A program made the position numbers and the translations under genes. DNA of 64,000 bases from assembly GCA_964016885.1 (NCBI GenBank), contig OZ024740.1, positions 390,910,001 through 390,974,000 on the forward strand. The letters are read 5' to 3'. The notes under the pieces are model-generated. The model ran no database searches, was not told where the DNA came from, and saw only the letters and a list, made by a program, of their open reading frames with translations. This document shows, in pieces, positions 1 through 12,059 of the stretch (the first letter of the stretch is position 1; every line of letters begins with the position of its first letter). This DNA is from Eledone cirrhosa. Lineage: Eukaryota.

Positions 1-612
1 TTTGCCTTTCATCCTTACAGGGTCGATAAAATAAAGTACCAGTAATGTACTGAGGTAGATTTAATCGACTTTCCCCTCCCCCCAAATTGTGTCTAAAGTA
101 GAAACAATTATTATGACTGTGGATTGGTAGAGCATCGGACATGGTTTTGTAGCAAGAGTTATAACCCTTTATGTTCTGAGTGCAAATCCCACCAAGGTTA
201 GCTACGCCTTTCATCCTGGGGGGGGGGGGGGGGTCGATAAAATGGAGTACCTATAACGCACTGGGGTAGATTTAATCGATTTTTGCCCTTTCTTTCAAAT
301 TGCGAGCTCTGTGCCTCTATCAGGAAACCATTATTAACGGCGGTGGATTGGTAGTATCGGTAGAGGGTCAGACGCCATGCTTTACAACAAAGAGTTATGG
401 CCCGTTTCGGTCTAAGTCCATATCCCGCCGAGGTTAACTTTGACTTTCATCCTTACGGGGTCGATAAAATAAAGTACCAGTAATTCACTGAGATAATTGC
501 TGGCCTTGTGCCAAAAGTAGACAATTATTATTGTTGGGTTGGCAATATCGTTAGAGTGTCGCATAAGCTTTGCGGCATAGTTACCGCCCTTGTGCCTAAA
601 TTATAAACTGTA
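1..612 (+). mobile_element. Three head-to-tail copies of a tRNA-derived SINE (family 1)
   Basis: Repeated unit GGTGGATTGGTAGTATCGGTAGAG (A-box-like) ... GAGTTCAAATCC-like B box ... TTTGCCTTTCATCCTTACGGGGTCGATAAAATAAAGTACCAG ... GGCCTTGTGCCTAAA, with an ATT tail. The same unit recurs many times in the window. Confidence 0.85.
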
Positions 613-1749
613 ACCCCAACTACTGCTACTAATTCTACTACTTCTTCCAAGAATATTTCATCTTGCATTGGATTTTAAATTTCGTAAAACTAATTTTTCA
701 CAATTGTTTTAACACCAAATTAATTCAATATAAAAATAAACTAAGTATGGTTTTTAACGAAATTTTTCGTTGCACTTTATTCATTATATTGAACCGCGTG
801 ATGATAAAATAAAGGTTCAGAAAATTTACAAGAACCCATGAATTTCATTATATGACGCATTCAATTCTAAAGGATATTTCAAGTATATGTCAAATATTCA
901 TCATTCCAATATATGTGTTTATTGATGACGAATATATGTTAATGGATTTCAAAACAAAATCCGATGCTGAAAATAATTTATTTTGAACTGAATTTACGCA
1001 CTTACTATTGAACTATCAACTAGGATTTAAAGTTGTCAGATAGTTTGTGTTTGTATTCAAGATCTAATTTAATATATGCTTGTCACACACTGCATTGGTT
1101 TCTATTTCAGTTTAAAGAAAACACTTTAGGGGTTTGATACTCAAATACATCTATATTCATGAATAGTATTGTAAAAGTTTCACTCATAATTTTTCTGGGT
1201 TCACATATTTTTTGCAAGTTTTCAGTAATTTCTGGAGTATAGATTTCGTCTATAATTTTGTTTGAAAATATTTCAGCAATCTATTGAATTTTAATGTACG
1301 CTTAAGAGTCGTGGTGTTAGCCTTGGCGGTGATACTGCCAGTGTTGTTTTTCAATGAAAGTGTTAAAATATAAGTTTCAACGCAGAGACAACAGAGAGAA
1401 GTTCCATGTGCACAGGTCTCCGATACCCAAGTGGCTAAAGCACCCAAAATGCGGAGTGTTGTAAAAACATTTCGGTAAACACGAGTATTATTTCAAAATG
1501 TATGTGAAATATTTATTTGAGGTGAACAGATATTTTTAATCAAGTAAGTGTATAATTTATTCCAGATTTACATGGATGGAATTTCCTACTGATTAGATTA
1601 GCGCAATCGATAGGCAAGCAGGCAATTGTTTCTGCTTAATGTAATTTTTAGTATTGTATCAAAATCTTAAAGTTGTCTTATTTAAAGATGTATTGTATTC
1701 TTAAAGCTTCATTAGATTAGATTAAACAAAAAATTTAAGAAAAGGATAT

Positions 1750-1773
1750 TAGATCGTCTCCGCCTCCAGCCAT
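1750..1773 (-). CDS. Candidate first coding exon (MAGGGDDL) of an unidentified leftward gene, ending at a U12-type AT-AC donor
   Basis: ACAATGG start context, 8 codons, then ATATCCTTT (1749-1741). GC content drops abruptly at this boundary. No downstream exon was found in the window. Confidence 0.5.
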
Positions 1774-1899
1774 TGTCAAATACCGGGGATTGACAGACCG
1801 CTTCCTTTTCACGCTGATTGCAGTTGAAACTTCATCTAACCTAGGTCCCCGAAAGGCTATGTTCCTTCGCAAAATCGGAAAAACAGGAGCCCGCCCCGT

Positions 1900-2008
1900 G
1901 AGGCGGAGAGGCTGTTGCAGTGAGTTTTATTGACCATTCTTCCGTGGCAATGCTTTCGCCATTTTGTACACGGGACGTAGTTGAAAGAAACCACTTAGAC
2001 AGGTAAGT
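1900..2008 (+). other. Candidate plus-strand first exon ending at donor AG|GTAAGT (2003-2008); start position approximate
   Basis: Consensus CAG|GTAAGT at the right edge of the CpG island, followed by pyrimidine-rich intron-like sequence. No downstream exon identified. Confidence 0.5.
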
Positions 2009-2624
2009 AGACTGTCGCTTCCTCCCCCTCTACCCTTCCTTTCGTTTAATTCCTTCTTTCATTTTCTTCTACTCTTCATTTCCTTTGTATAAATATTTCT
2101 GGAAAGATCTTTTCTTCTGATTAACATTGAAAGGGAGATTATTCCTACAGTTTTAGCTGTATGAATTTAGAGTTATCTCCCTTACATTGAATTTTTTGTT
2201 TTGTTTAGTTTAGTTTAGTTTAGTTTTTTATATTTCTCAATTTAATTTGAAGCGTGAGGAATTTTTATGATTGGTGCTAGGGCAGCGGATGGCTTTAGGA
2301 GTTAGTTTAAGCTTAACAGTTTGGTTTGTTGAGATTTGCTATTAAGGTTATAATTAATATTAGACCTGATGCATGTTAAATTATAGACGTTATGGTTATT
2401 TCTAGGACATACGACGGTTTTAAGGCGAGCTTAGGTTTGCTGGTTAGCGTTAATATTCATAGTCATGGTTAGGGTTTAAGGCTAGTGTTAGTGTTTGAAT
2501 TTAGGGGTTAACTGTAATGTTTAGAGTCAACTCAGTGCTGCCTCTACTATTATAAATATGGTATTTTTAAGGACTAAATTTAATTTAATGTGTTTACAAT
2601 TATACAGAAGTTAATGAAAAGACT

Positions 2625-3740
2625 GGGTTGGAATGGAGGTGAGGGTTAAATTTATGGTTGACGATGGGGCTATGGTTAGGGTAAGGGTTGGGTATAGGGA
2701 TACGGCTCGGGATAAGGATAGGGTTAGGGTTACGACTAGGTTTAGGGTTAGGGCTAAGTCTATGGCTTGTGCTAGTGGGGAGGTTTGGTGTTGGATTTAG
2801 AGTTAGTTAAGGAGAGAGATAACGTTAGGCTTGGGTTAGGTTTAGGGTAGGATAGGTTTAGGATTGGGATACGGGCTGGAGTTTGGGTTGGTGTTTTGGT
2901 TGAAGTTAGGGTTAGGGTTAGGGTTAGGGTTAGGGTTAGGGTTCAGATTAAGGTGAGGGAAAGGGTTAGGATTAGAGTTGGGGTTGGCGTTAGGGGTAGG
3001 GTTGGGATCAGGGTAGGTTTAAGGTTAGCTTTTGGTTTATATCTAGGTCTATGGCTAGGAATAGGTTTAGGATTAGATAATATGGTTAGGGTTACGGTGA
3101 AGATGAAAACTAGGGCTAAGTCAGGGTTTAAGGCTAGGGTTAGGACTAGGTTTCTGGCTATGGCAATGATTTGGGTTAGGGCTTGGTGTTGGAGTAGGGT
3201 TAGTGTTAAGGTTAGAGTTACTGTTTGTGTTAGGTTTAGGAGTATGATGAGGTGTAGGGTTGTGATTAGAGTTAGGGTTAGCATTGGGGTTGGGTTGGGG
3301 TTAGAGTGAGACAGAGTTGATGTTAAAATTAAGGTTATGCTTAGGGCTATGGTTAGGTTTTGCGTCTGCATTGAGTTTGAGGCTGGGACTGGGACTCAGG
3401 CTCAGGAAGAGGTTGGGGTGGGCTGTTAGGGTACGGGTTGGTTTGTGGTTTTGGTTGAGATTGATGAGTTGGAGAGTGTGAGTGTTAGGGGTTTTGAGTT
3501 AGGTTTGATGTTGGAGTTGTGGTTAGGTTTAGGGTTGCGGTTAGTGTTAGAGTTAAAATCGGGTTTGTGTTTGAGCTGGGGTTGGGATTGGTGGATGCAG
3601 TTGGTGTGTGGTTAGATTTGTGTTTCAGGTTAGTGTTAAGTTCATGGGTTAGGGTTAAAGGTTGGAGTTAGCGTTAAAGTAAGGGTGAGGTTTAGAGTTT
3701 GGATTAAGTTTGAGGTTAGGGTTAAATTTAGGATTAGAGT
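2625..3740 (+). repeat. Degenerate interstitial telomere-like (TTAGGG)n array
   Basis: Six perfect TTAGGG units at 2906-2941 inside ~1.1 kb of 6-nt-periodic variants (TTAGGA, TTGGGG, TAAGGG, TTAGAG). More remnants at ~2440-2510. Confidence 0.9.
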
Positions 3741-3816
3741 TATTTGGAGGTATTTATATATGTACGTGCATGGGTGTGTAGGTATGAGTGTGTGAGGACC
3801 AGAAGGGTCAACCAGG

Positions 3817-3896
3817 CATTGACAGATAAAAACTGTTTAAAATAGAATATGTGACAGTTGTCACATATTCTATTTTACAGTTTTTATCTGTCAATG
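3817..3896. repeat. 80-nt near-perfect palindrome
   Basis: CATTGACAGATAAAAACTG(TT)TAAAATAGAATATGTGACA-GT-TGTCACATATTCTATTTTACAGTTTTTATCTGTCAATG: 38-bp stem, one 2-nt bulge, 2-nt loop. Confidence 0.9.
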
Positions 3897-4217
3897 TTTC
3901 CACTCTAAACTTAAGAAAATTAACAAAGAGAGGACAAGACAACGAACGGAACCAAGGCAAAATGAAAAACAATTTTTAAGGGGAAACCTTAAAAAAAATT
4001 TTTTTTAAATAAAAATACAAACAAAGGACACAGGTGTGGACTTTGGCAGTTTTAACCCCTACCAATGGTACTGCTGGTCGACCAGATGAAACAAGCCAAA
4101 CACTGTCCAGTGGAGTAAGAGACAAGGGACAAAATATTAATTTAAAGCATTTAAGTTACAACAAATACACTTCGAATTTTCTGTGATGTCATATACATAC
4201 ACACATATGTATATATA

Positions 4218-5215
4218 CAGGTGTAACAAGTAAATTGGCACAAGTTTCAAGTGGGTATATTTCTAATTGTATAGATTTTGTTGGAGCCTAAATTTTAAGT
4301 ATTACCAGCTTGAATAATCACCTGTACCATTTTTTATTTGGCATTGAACCAATGAATGTTAATAAAGAATTAAACCATAGAAGTGTAATTGCCAAATTAT
4401 TCCGCGCTGGCAAAAGTGCTGGTGAGATTGTTAGAGTCGCAGAGTATGCCAAGTCTACTGTTTTTAGAGATGTAGCTAATTTGGTTGTTCAGAGAAAGTC
4501 CCACAGTCCTCGCAGTGACCAAAAATGAACACCTCGTTTCTTAGCAGGACTTAAGATCAATTGAGTCAAACCCATGAAAATCAATGGCAAAGTTGGCTCA
4601 GGATCGAGGAATCAGTAAAATGGCTGTTTCTAGAGCTGTGAGACAAGACCTCCATATGAAATCATCTGTGAGGAGATACTGTAACATCCTAACAACTTGC
4701 TCCAAAGCCATTTGAGCTGAAACAAGTCCCAAACTTTTTAGTCATCTGAAACATCATGGTGGAGATGTCCACATCTTTGTGGATGAAAAGAAGTTTGTGG
4801 TAGATGAAGTTGCAAGCCATTAAAACTCACAACTGATAGTGTACAAGCCTTCCCAAGTTCCTTCAGTTATGCATAGCAAGAATCTGGCTTCCATTATGGT
4901 CTTTGGAGCTGTTACAAGTGATGGGAAATTGATGCCTCTTCATTTTATTGAAGTGGGTCTTAAAAATCAACACAGCAGAGTATCTTAAAATCTTAGAAGT
5001 TTTGTTGCCTTGGATTAGGAAGCATTATGATGCAAGTCAAGTCTTGTTTGTATAGGACTCTGCACCCACCCATTCTTCAAAAAGAGTGCAAGAATTTTTT
5101 AAGAAGCAATTGCTCATGTTTGTCCCTAAAGATATCTGGCCCTCTAGCTCACCAGATATGAATCCGTGTAATTTTTGGCTATGGGGCACAGTTGAAGCAA
5201 TATCCAAAGCAACTT
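4218..5215 (+). mobile_element. Decayed Tc1/mariner-superfamily transposon, DD37D (maT)-like, 3' truncated
   Basis: TA followed by a CAGGTGT terminus. Broken transposase frames with HTH-like N-terminus, FVDEKKF, VFGAVTSDGK, (Q)DSAPTH and WPSSSPDMNPCNFW. There are 37 residues between the second D and the third catalytic position, which is now N. Stops and frameshifts present. Confidence 0.85.
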
Positions 5216-5297
5216 ATAGATATACATGTTCATTTGGTAGTTGAACATGACATGTGGTCTTGACAATATGGTCTGCATGCATGTGCTCTTTCTCTCA

Positions 5298-5344
<47 letters not shown>

Positions 5345-6129
5345 CATATACACACACACATCATAATCAACATCAAATGAAAATAGACAAAAACAAATAG
5401 CTTCCAACTTGTAACATTTATTCAAAAGCAAAATTTGAATATAGTATAAGAAAATGTTTCAAGCAAAATTGTTTACGCCATGAATATATTGTGCAGAGGT
5501 GAACCTATATTTTAGCCTACAAGGCAGAAAGGTTTAAGCCTGTGGAAACACTGATATCAGATTTTTCAATTTCAGGTACTCCATCATCAATGATAAAACA
5601 GAGGCTCTCTGACCGAATGTTGGTCACACAATGCAGAAAGGAGAGGGGAGGGGGGACAAAAAAGAAAAACAAAAACATTTGGCATGAGCCAGTCATACAG
5701 CCACAACTGCTGCCACTGTTTTTAATTCATTTTTATTTGTTTTTTTTATTTGATTTTTTTTTAATTGTTCAGTATATATATTAAATTAGTTTATATGTTC
5801 TTTAATTACTAGAGTGATCCCCACAAAACACCAAACACATATTGAAACTAATTAGATATTATAGAGGCTGTCTAGAAGGTGATTTATTTAGCAGGTACAA
5901 CTCCTCTTAACCTTCAATATAAAACCAAGCCTAGGCACAGACTTTGAGGTGGAGTAATGTGGTTGATATAAAAACAAAGAATAAAAAATAAAAAAAACAC
6001 CAACAAAATTCTTGTAAAGTCTTTGATTTCATGAAACTACCAAATAATAAGTTTAATGGCAAGTCAAATCTCAAATTCGTTTTACTTTTTTTTTCATTAT
6101 GTGTATTGGAATTGACTTCAACCCTTTTG

Positions 6130-6350
6130 ACACCAAACCACCTCTGGTTCTATGATATATCCCAAACCACCTGAAACTGTCCCTGGTTCTATAATACATA
6201 CCAAACCACATAAAACCACCTCTGGTTCTATAATACATACCAAACCACATAAAACCAGCCCTGGTTCTATAATACATACAAAACCATCTAAACCTCTCCT
6301 GTTTCTAACATATAACCAAATCACCTGAAACCACTCCTCTTTCTATGCTA
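6130..6350. repeat. ~39-bp tandem repeat (about 5 copies) derived from the left end of a TTAA-MITE
   Basis: Unit ACCAAACCACATAAAACCACCTCTGGTTCTATAATACAT. It explains the 13-aa periodic ORFs at 6071-6324. Confidence 0.8.
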
Positions 6351-7450
6351 TAAAGTGTTTATATTTATCAAAATATTCCACCATAATTTCATTTAAGAAC
6401 CTTTGTCAAGCTACACTCCAAACACCAACTTAATCCTTTTGAAAAAACTGCCAGAAACTAACCCTAGTTCTACAATACAAAATTATTTGTTCTAAAATCC
6501 TTGCAATATAATTCTATATAAGAACCTTTGTTAAGTTATGCTCTAAACACCATCTTAATAACAAGAAAGTTAGTTATATTAGTAAATCCCTTGATTATTT
6601 TCAAAATCATTAGAAAATCATAGTCAATGTCTTTTCATAATATAATATAATATAAAAAAAGGGGGGAAAGAAAAGGAGTTGATTATCAGATCAGACAAAG
6701 GAAACTGTTTCCATTGCTGATACTATCTGTCATTTGCAACTCCTAGCGAAAGTAGAAATGTGAAATGAAACATCATGTTGCCTGGTCCAAGAATTGAACC
6801 TATGACCTTATGATCAAGAGTCCTACACTCTAACCACTAGGCCATAATTGAGCATAAATAGAGGAAATAAAATAAAATGAGTAATTTTATTTAAAACCAA
6901 CAATTAAATTACTGTCTTATGAAAAGGAAGATTGCGTTTTTGTTGTTTTTTTACAAAAGCTAATGACTAATTAGTTACTAAGGCAACATTTGTCATCAAA
7001 AGGAAAACTAGTCTTAAGTAAACCGTAAATTTTGCAGTACACCAGCATGGACACGGCCCATGGGCTGGAGCAGGAGAATGAGTAAATAAAAAAAATACAT
7101 AGAAAAAATACAGCAGCTTTTGGGGGGTTTAATTAACTTTTCAGAGGGTTTTATTGATAATATTTCGAAGTTTTAATTGATAACTTTCGATCTAAAATAA
7201 TTATGATAAAAATATTTGAAAGAACAAAATAAATGACAATATATTAGTTTAAATTTAAAAAGTAACTTAATCTTGGTATTTCCATCAGTGAAAGAATGAC
7301 AAGTGTGTGTATGTGTGAGTGTTTTTAAAAGTTATTTTTTTTACATTAAAGAAGAGTACTCAATACATGGTGTAGTATATATTGTTTATTTGAATGGAAT
7401 TCATTGGGTTTTTTTCAACTCACAAATACAAAAATTCAGTTTAAATAAAC

Positions 7451-7488
<38 letters not shown>

Positions 7489-8039
7489 ATTGTTTCTATT
7501 TTTGGCACAAGGCCAGCAATTACCCAGTACATTACTGGTACTTTATTTTATCGACCCCGTAAGGATGAAAGGCAAGGTTAACCTCGACGGTTACTAGTTA
7601 AATGATTAGCAAGACTATTATTCAACTTGTTACTTGATACTTTAATGGAAGCAAAGTGTAGATATGATTCATTACACAAGTCTGATGAGTCAAATTTTTA
7701 TGTAATGAATAATATACACACACACAATATTTTATATATATAAAGTCTGCAGTGCTGAGACTGGGGAAACCACAAATCAGGAGAGTACACTATGTATTGG
7801 AAGCCCCTACAAAAATAAGAACACAATGCTGCTCATACTCCAAGGACATGGAGGTACAGTAGAACTCATATGAAACTACCAAAGAAATAATAACAGCTTC
7901 TAATTTAGGCACAAGGCTAACAGCTTATGGTGAGAGAGAAAGCGCCCTGTAGTTGACCGGTACAATATCCCTGACATTTGTGTATTATTCTATGTACTAT
8001 ATTGACGAGTTGTAGTGCACCTGAGCACTTTACACAATA

Positions 8040-8620
8040 ATTTCATTATTATTATTATTATTCTATTGAACCTGGAAGAATGTTGACCTTGCTAGCATTT
8101 GAACTCAGAATGTAAAGCGCAAGAACAAATACCATAATAGATTTTGTCCCATGGTTTAACGAATCTGCCAAGCCACTGCCCTAACCATAATTATTCCTAG
8201 TTTTGGCACAAGGCCAGAGGGCAAAATCGATTTAATCAACCCAAGTGTGTTACTGTTACTTTATTTCATCAACCCCATAATGATGAAAGGCAAATCTAAC
8301 CTCAGCAAGATTTGAACTCAGAATGTAAAGGGCCATAACAATATGCTGCAAAGCAAGTTGTCTAACACTACTTATACTGCCAATCCAGCACCCTAATGAT
8401 GATGATTTCTACTATAGGCACAAGGCCAGCAATTTGGAGGAGGGAGAAAGTCAATTAAATCAACCCCAGTGCATTACTGCTGCTTTATTTTATCGACCTC
8501 ATAAAGATGAAAAGCAAAGCTAACCTCGGTGGGATTTGAACTCAGGACGTAAAGGGCCATAACTATGCTGCAAAGCATTGTCCAACACTACTTATACTGC
8601 CGACCCACCACCCTAATAAT
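8040..8620 (-). mobile_element. Three tandem family-1 SINE copies
   Basis: Reverse complement of the unit at 1-612: GGCACAAGGCCAGCAAT...GATTTGAACTCAG...TACTGCCAATCCA. Confidence 0.8.
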
Positions 8621-8822
8621 AATATGCTTAATGAATATTAAACATCACAATTTTTTTTTTCCTGTACATATTGTGCATTGAAATTGACTTTAACCCTTTT
8701 GATAACAAACTGCCCTTGATATTACGACACTGAGCTGTTTGCTTTGTTTATACAGATTTAAATAACCATCATAATTCTATGTAAGAACCTTAGTTAAGTT
8801 GTATTCCAAACAACAGCTAAAT

Positions 8823-9008
8823 AATTGTTTCTACTTTAGGCACAAGGCCTGCAATTATCCCAGTGCATTACTGGTACTTTATTTTATCGACCCCGTAAGG
8901 ATGAAAGGCAAAGTCAACCTCGGCAGGATTTGAACTCAGATCGTAAAGGGACGTAACTATGCTGGAAAGCATGGCGTCCGACTCTCTACCGATACTGCCA
9001 ATCCACCT
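8823..9008 (-). mobile_element. Well-preserved family-1 SINE inserted in a TTAA-MITE (host ~8690-9094)
   Basis: Full SINE body. The flanks join to give a continuous MITE sequence (TTAACCCTTTTGATA...GAAAGGATTAA). Confidence 0.8.
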
Positions 9009-12000
9009 GAAAGTTTGTCATATCTTGATTATTTTCAAAAATTATTTGAAAATCAAAGGTAGTATCTTTCCTTAAAAATATAATGAAAGGATTAAGTTAT
9101 GCTCCAATAAGAAAAAATAAATAAAAATACTAATTTAGATGAGTCAGAAAAAGAAATGCCTGACAAACTATTGCCATTACTATTATTATTAGTAGCAGTA
9201 GTGATACAGTATAGCAATGAGTGTAGAAACAAAGACAGTATCATATCTAAAATATGCCAGATTGCAACACACATTTAGCCATTGAAATACATTTTACAGA
9301 ACCAAGACAAAGTGTTAACTGAAGGTCCCCAGGTGTGTGTGTGTGTGTGTGTGGTGTGTGTGTTAGTTAATTGCTTTAACTAGAATGTAAACAAATCTAT
9401 GCCAAGAACTCAAGCAAATTCAAATCATAATCCTACAATCAACTCCAACTACCATATACATACCACACAAATTCAAACACACCCTCCAAAAACACACTTC
9501 AGCCCTCCTAATAAAACAACAACCAACCTCCTCTAACTACTGGATGACAGACATCATCAGGCGGCAGCTATCATATTGTATAAATATATTGTGTATGAAA
9601 TTAAAGGGTTGTTAACACTATGAAATCATCAGAGGTCAGTGTTTAACAAGGAAGGAATCAAACTTACACCACTGAATAGAAACCAATGATAAAATTATAT
9701 AAATTGATGTTAAAGAAGTAGAGTGGCTAGATGGAGATTAATCACACAAACAAAAAACAACCCAAATCGTCAATTAAACTTATCAAATGAAGTTGTTTAT
9801 GAAAATCTCTACATTCAATTGTCCGATCATCTAAGGTGAAAAGTAATATAAGAAAAGAGTCAATCATCAGATCAGATCAAACCATAGAAACAATGTTTCC
9901 ATTGGTTCAATCTTCAGATTAGACCAACAAAACAATGTTTTCCTTGGTCCAATCTTCAGATCAAACCAAGGAAACAATGTTTCCATTATTGTTACTATCT
10001 GTTGTTGGTTGTAAGAACTGGCAGGCAGCAGTGGGATTTGAACTCAGAAAGTACACAGCCAAATCAGATGCCAAAAAGCATCCAGTGAGACTTTAACAAT
10101 CCCACCAATCTACCACCGTTGGATTTGTACTTTATTTACCAACCGCAAAAGAATGAAAGACAAAGCTGATCTTGGCAAGATTTGAACTCAATACAGAGAA
10201 TCAGAACAAACATTCTGATGCTCTAATAACTCAGCCAAAAGACTAAGAACGCAAAGAAGCTCTTGTTACACATACATACACACCAAATACCCACTTCAGT
10301 ACTTCTTCTAATCATATATAATATATAATGCTAAAAACATTGTACAAGAAGTAAATGTATCTTCTACCTTACCAATTTAGTTGTAAAGTAAAAAATATAT
10401 ACTTGGGAAAGTTTAAATCATTCTTTCTAACATTGGCACATGGCCAGCAAGTTGAGGAAAGAAGAAAGTTATATCAACCCCAGTACTTAACTGGGACTTT
10501 ATTATTGACTCTGGAAAGATGGAAGGCAAAGTTGACCTTGGCACGATTTGAACTCAGAATGTAGAAAGTCAAACATATTGTCCGGTGTTCTACCATTACT
10601 GCCAAATAGTAATTCTTATTTCAATGTGGTAAACATCATACAAGGGAAAATATGACATCTGGACGATAACTATCTTTTTTTCATTTTTCATATATATCCC
10701 CTTTTATGGATCTAATTCTAAGCCCATTGGAGTCAATCCATCAGTATTGGCTCAAGGACCAAAAGTTTTGTACTTAAGGGCATTTCTTCAAACTGACAAG
10801 TGGTATACCAGAGTCAGTGGTATGTCTTTACAACTATAATATATTACGTGTACTTGCATTACAGTTCATCAAGGATGGATTGAGCTGGCATCCACAACAT
10901 TGCAAACAGAGCTCACACATCCAGTGATCACTGATTTTGTCAGCCAGTCACAATTCCAACAGCAGACACCATATATGCAAGGCCCTGATATTAGCTCATG
11001 GTTTGGCACAATCAAGTCTGATCTTGAGCTATTATATATATATAGTTACAGCAAAACTTTGATAAGAAAAGAAATTATATAGTTGATGATTAAGTCAATA
11101 GGTGATTAGCAATTACACGTGTCTTAGAGTACATGGAAAGTCTTCAGCTTCAAAGAATCAAGTTTGGTCACTTGGTATCTTTGATATTTCAACTTTGGTA
11201 ATTGATTCTGAAGTATTTAAAGCCATCCATATTATCACATATATATATTTTGACCATGGTGGTGATAAAAGTATGTTTTTTTTTAAACCCCTTAAACAGA
11301 GGGCAATTCTCTATAAACCCTCCAGCTATGTAAAGAAGGAATCAGTTAGACCAAAGAAACCATTGGAATGGAGGAATGGACCTCCATCAGTTACAACAAA
11401 TACTGTTCCAGTTGTTTGAACAAAGGAACATCCTGCTCGTGAAATTAATATGCAACTGGCTGAACATTCCACAGATATGTGTACCCTTTATGCAATTATT
11501 AGGGGATTTCAGCATGACAGAGAGAGAGAGAGAGAGTGTGTGCGTGCGTGTGTGTGCGCGCGTGTGCGTGTGTGTGTCAAGGATGGCCCTTTGAATTACA
11601 GGTGCAGTCCATGTATTTTAGTATAAGTGGCTGGGCCAAACGTGTACATTTAATGTAATTCTCAGGAAAATTCATCATAACACTGTATTTACAAGGCTGG
11701 CCCTTCAAATTACAGGTATAGTCCATCTGGTACATACACATGTACCCCAAACATAAATGTCAGGGAGACTCAGAGCTACAGTGTGTTACAAGGCTGGTCT
11801 TTTGAATCATAGGAATAACGCATTTTTCTGGCTGAGTAGGCTAAAAAAACATGAAATAAAATGTCTTGCTTAAAGACACATCACACCGCCAGGAACCGAA
11901 CTCATGACTTTGCAGTCATAGACCAAACACTTAAACCACACGCTTTCACAATAATCACATATGACAAGTTATCAATCCAGATCTATCTCAATACAATGAT

Positions 12001-12059
12001 TTGAAAATAACAATCTTGCTTTCTTCTAATGTTTCAAAAAAGTAAATATAAATAACAAA

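Larger units (their letters stand above)
1750..2030. promoter_or_regulatory. CpG/GC-rich island, probable bidirectional promoter and first-exon region
   Basis: Local CpG enrichment in an AT-rich background. GC box CCCGCCCC at ~1890, YY1-like GCCATTTT at ~1958, and outward-facing splice donors on both strands. Confidence 0.65.

Noticed and set aside
1250-1447. 65-aa minus-strand ORF as exon 2 of the leftward gene
   Set aside because: Non-ATG start, no clear U12 branch point with AC acceptor, and no recognisable homology.
1757-2002. Telomerase RNA or RNase MRP RNA
   Set aside because: TTTTCACGCTGA, CTAACCTA, GTCCCCG and ACACGGG resemble fragments of these RNAs, but there is no CTAACCCT template, the motif order is wrong, and no P6.1 or convincing P4 is seen. 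An Rfam search would be decisive.
10700-11420. ORFs at 10900-11419 as a gene or intact retroelement
   Set aside because: Short frames with many stops and no motif I could identify. Possibly a very old TE remnant.
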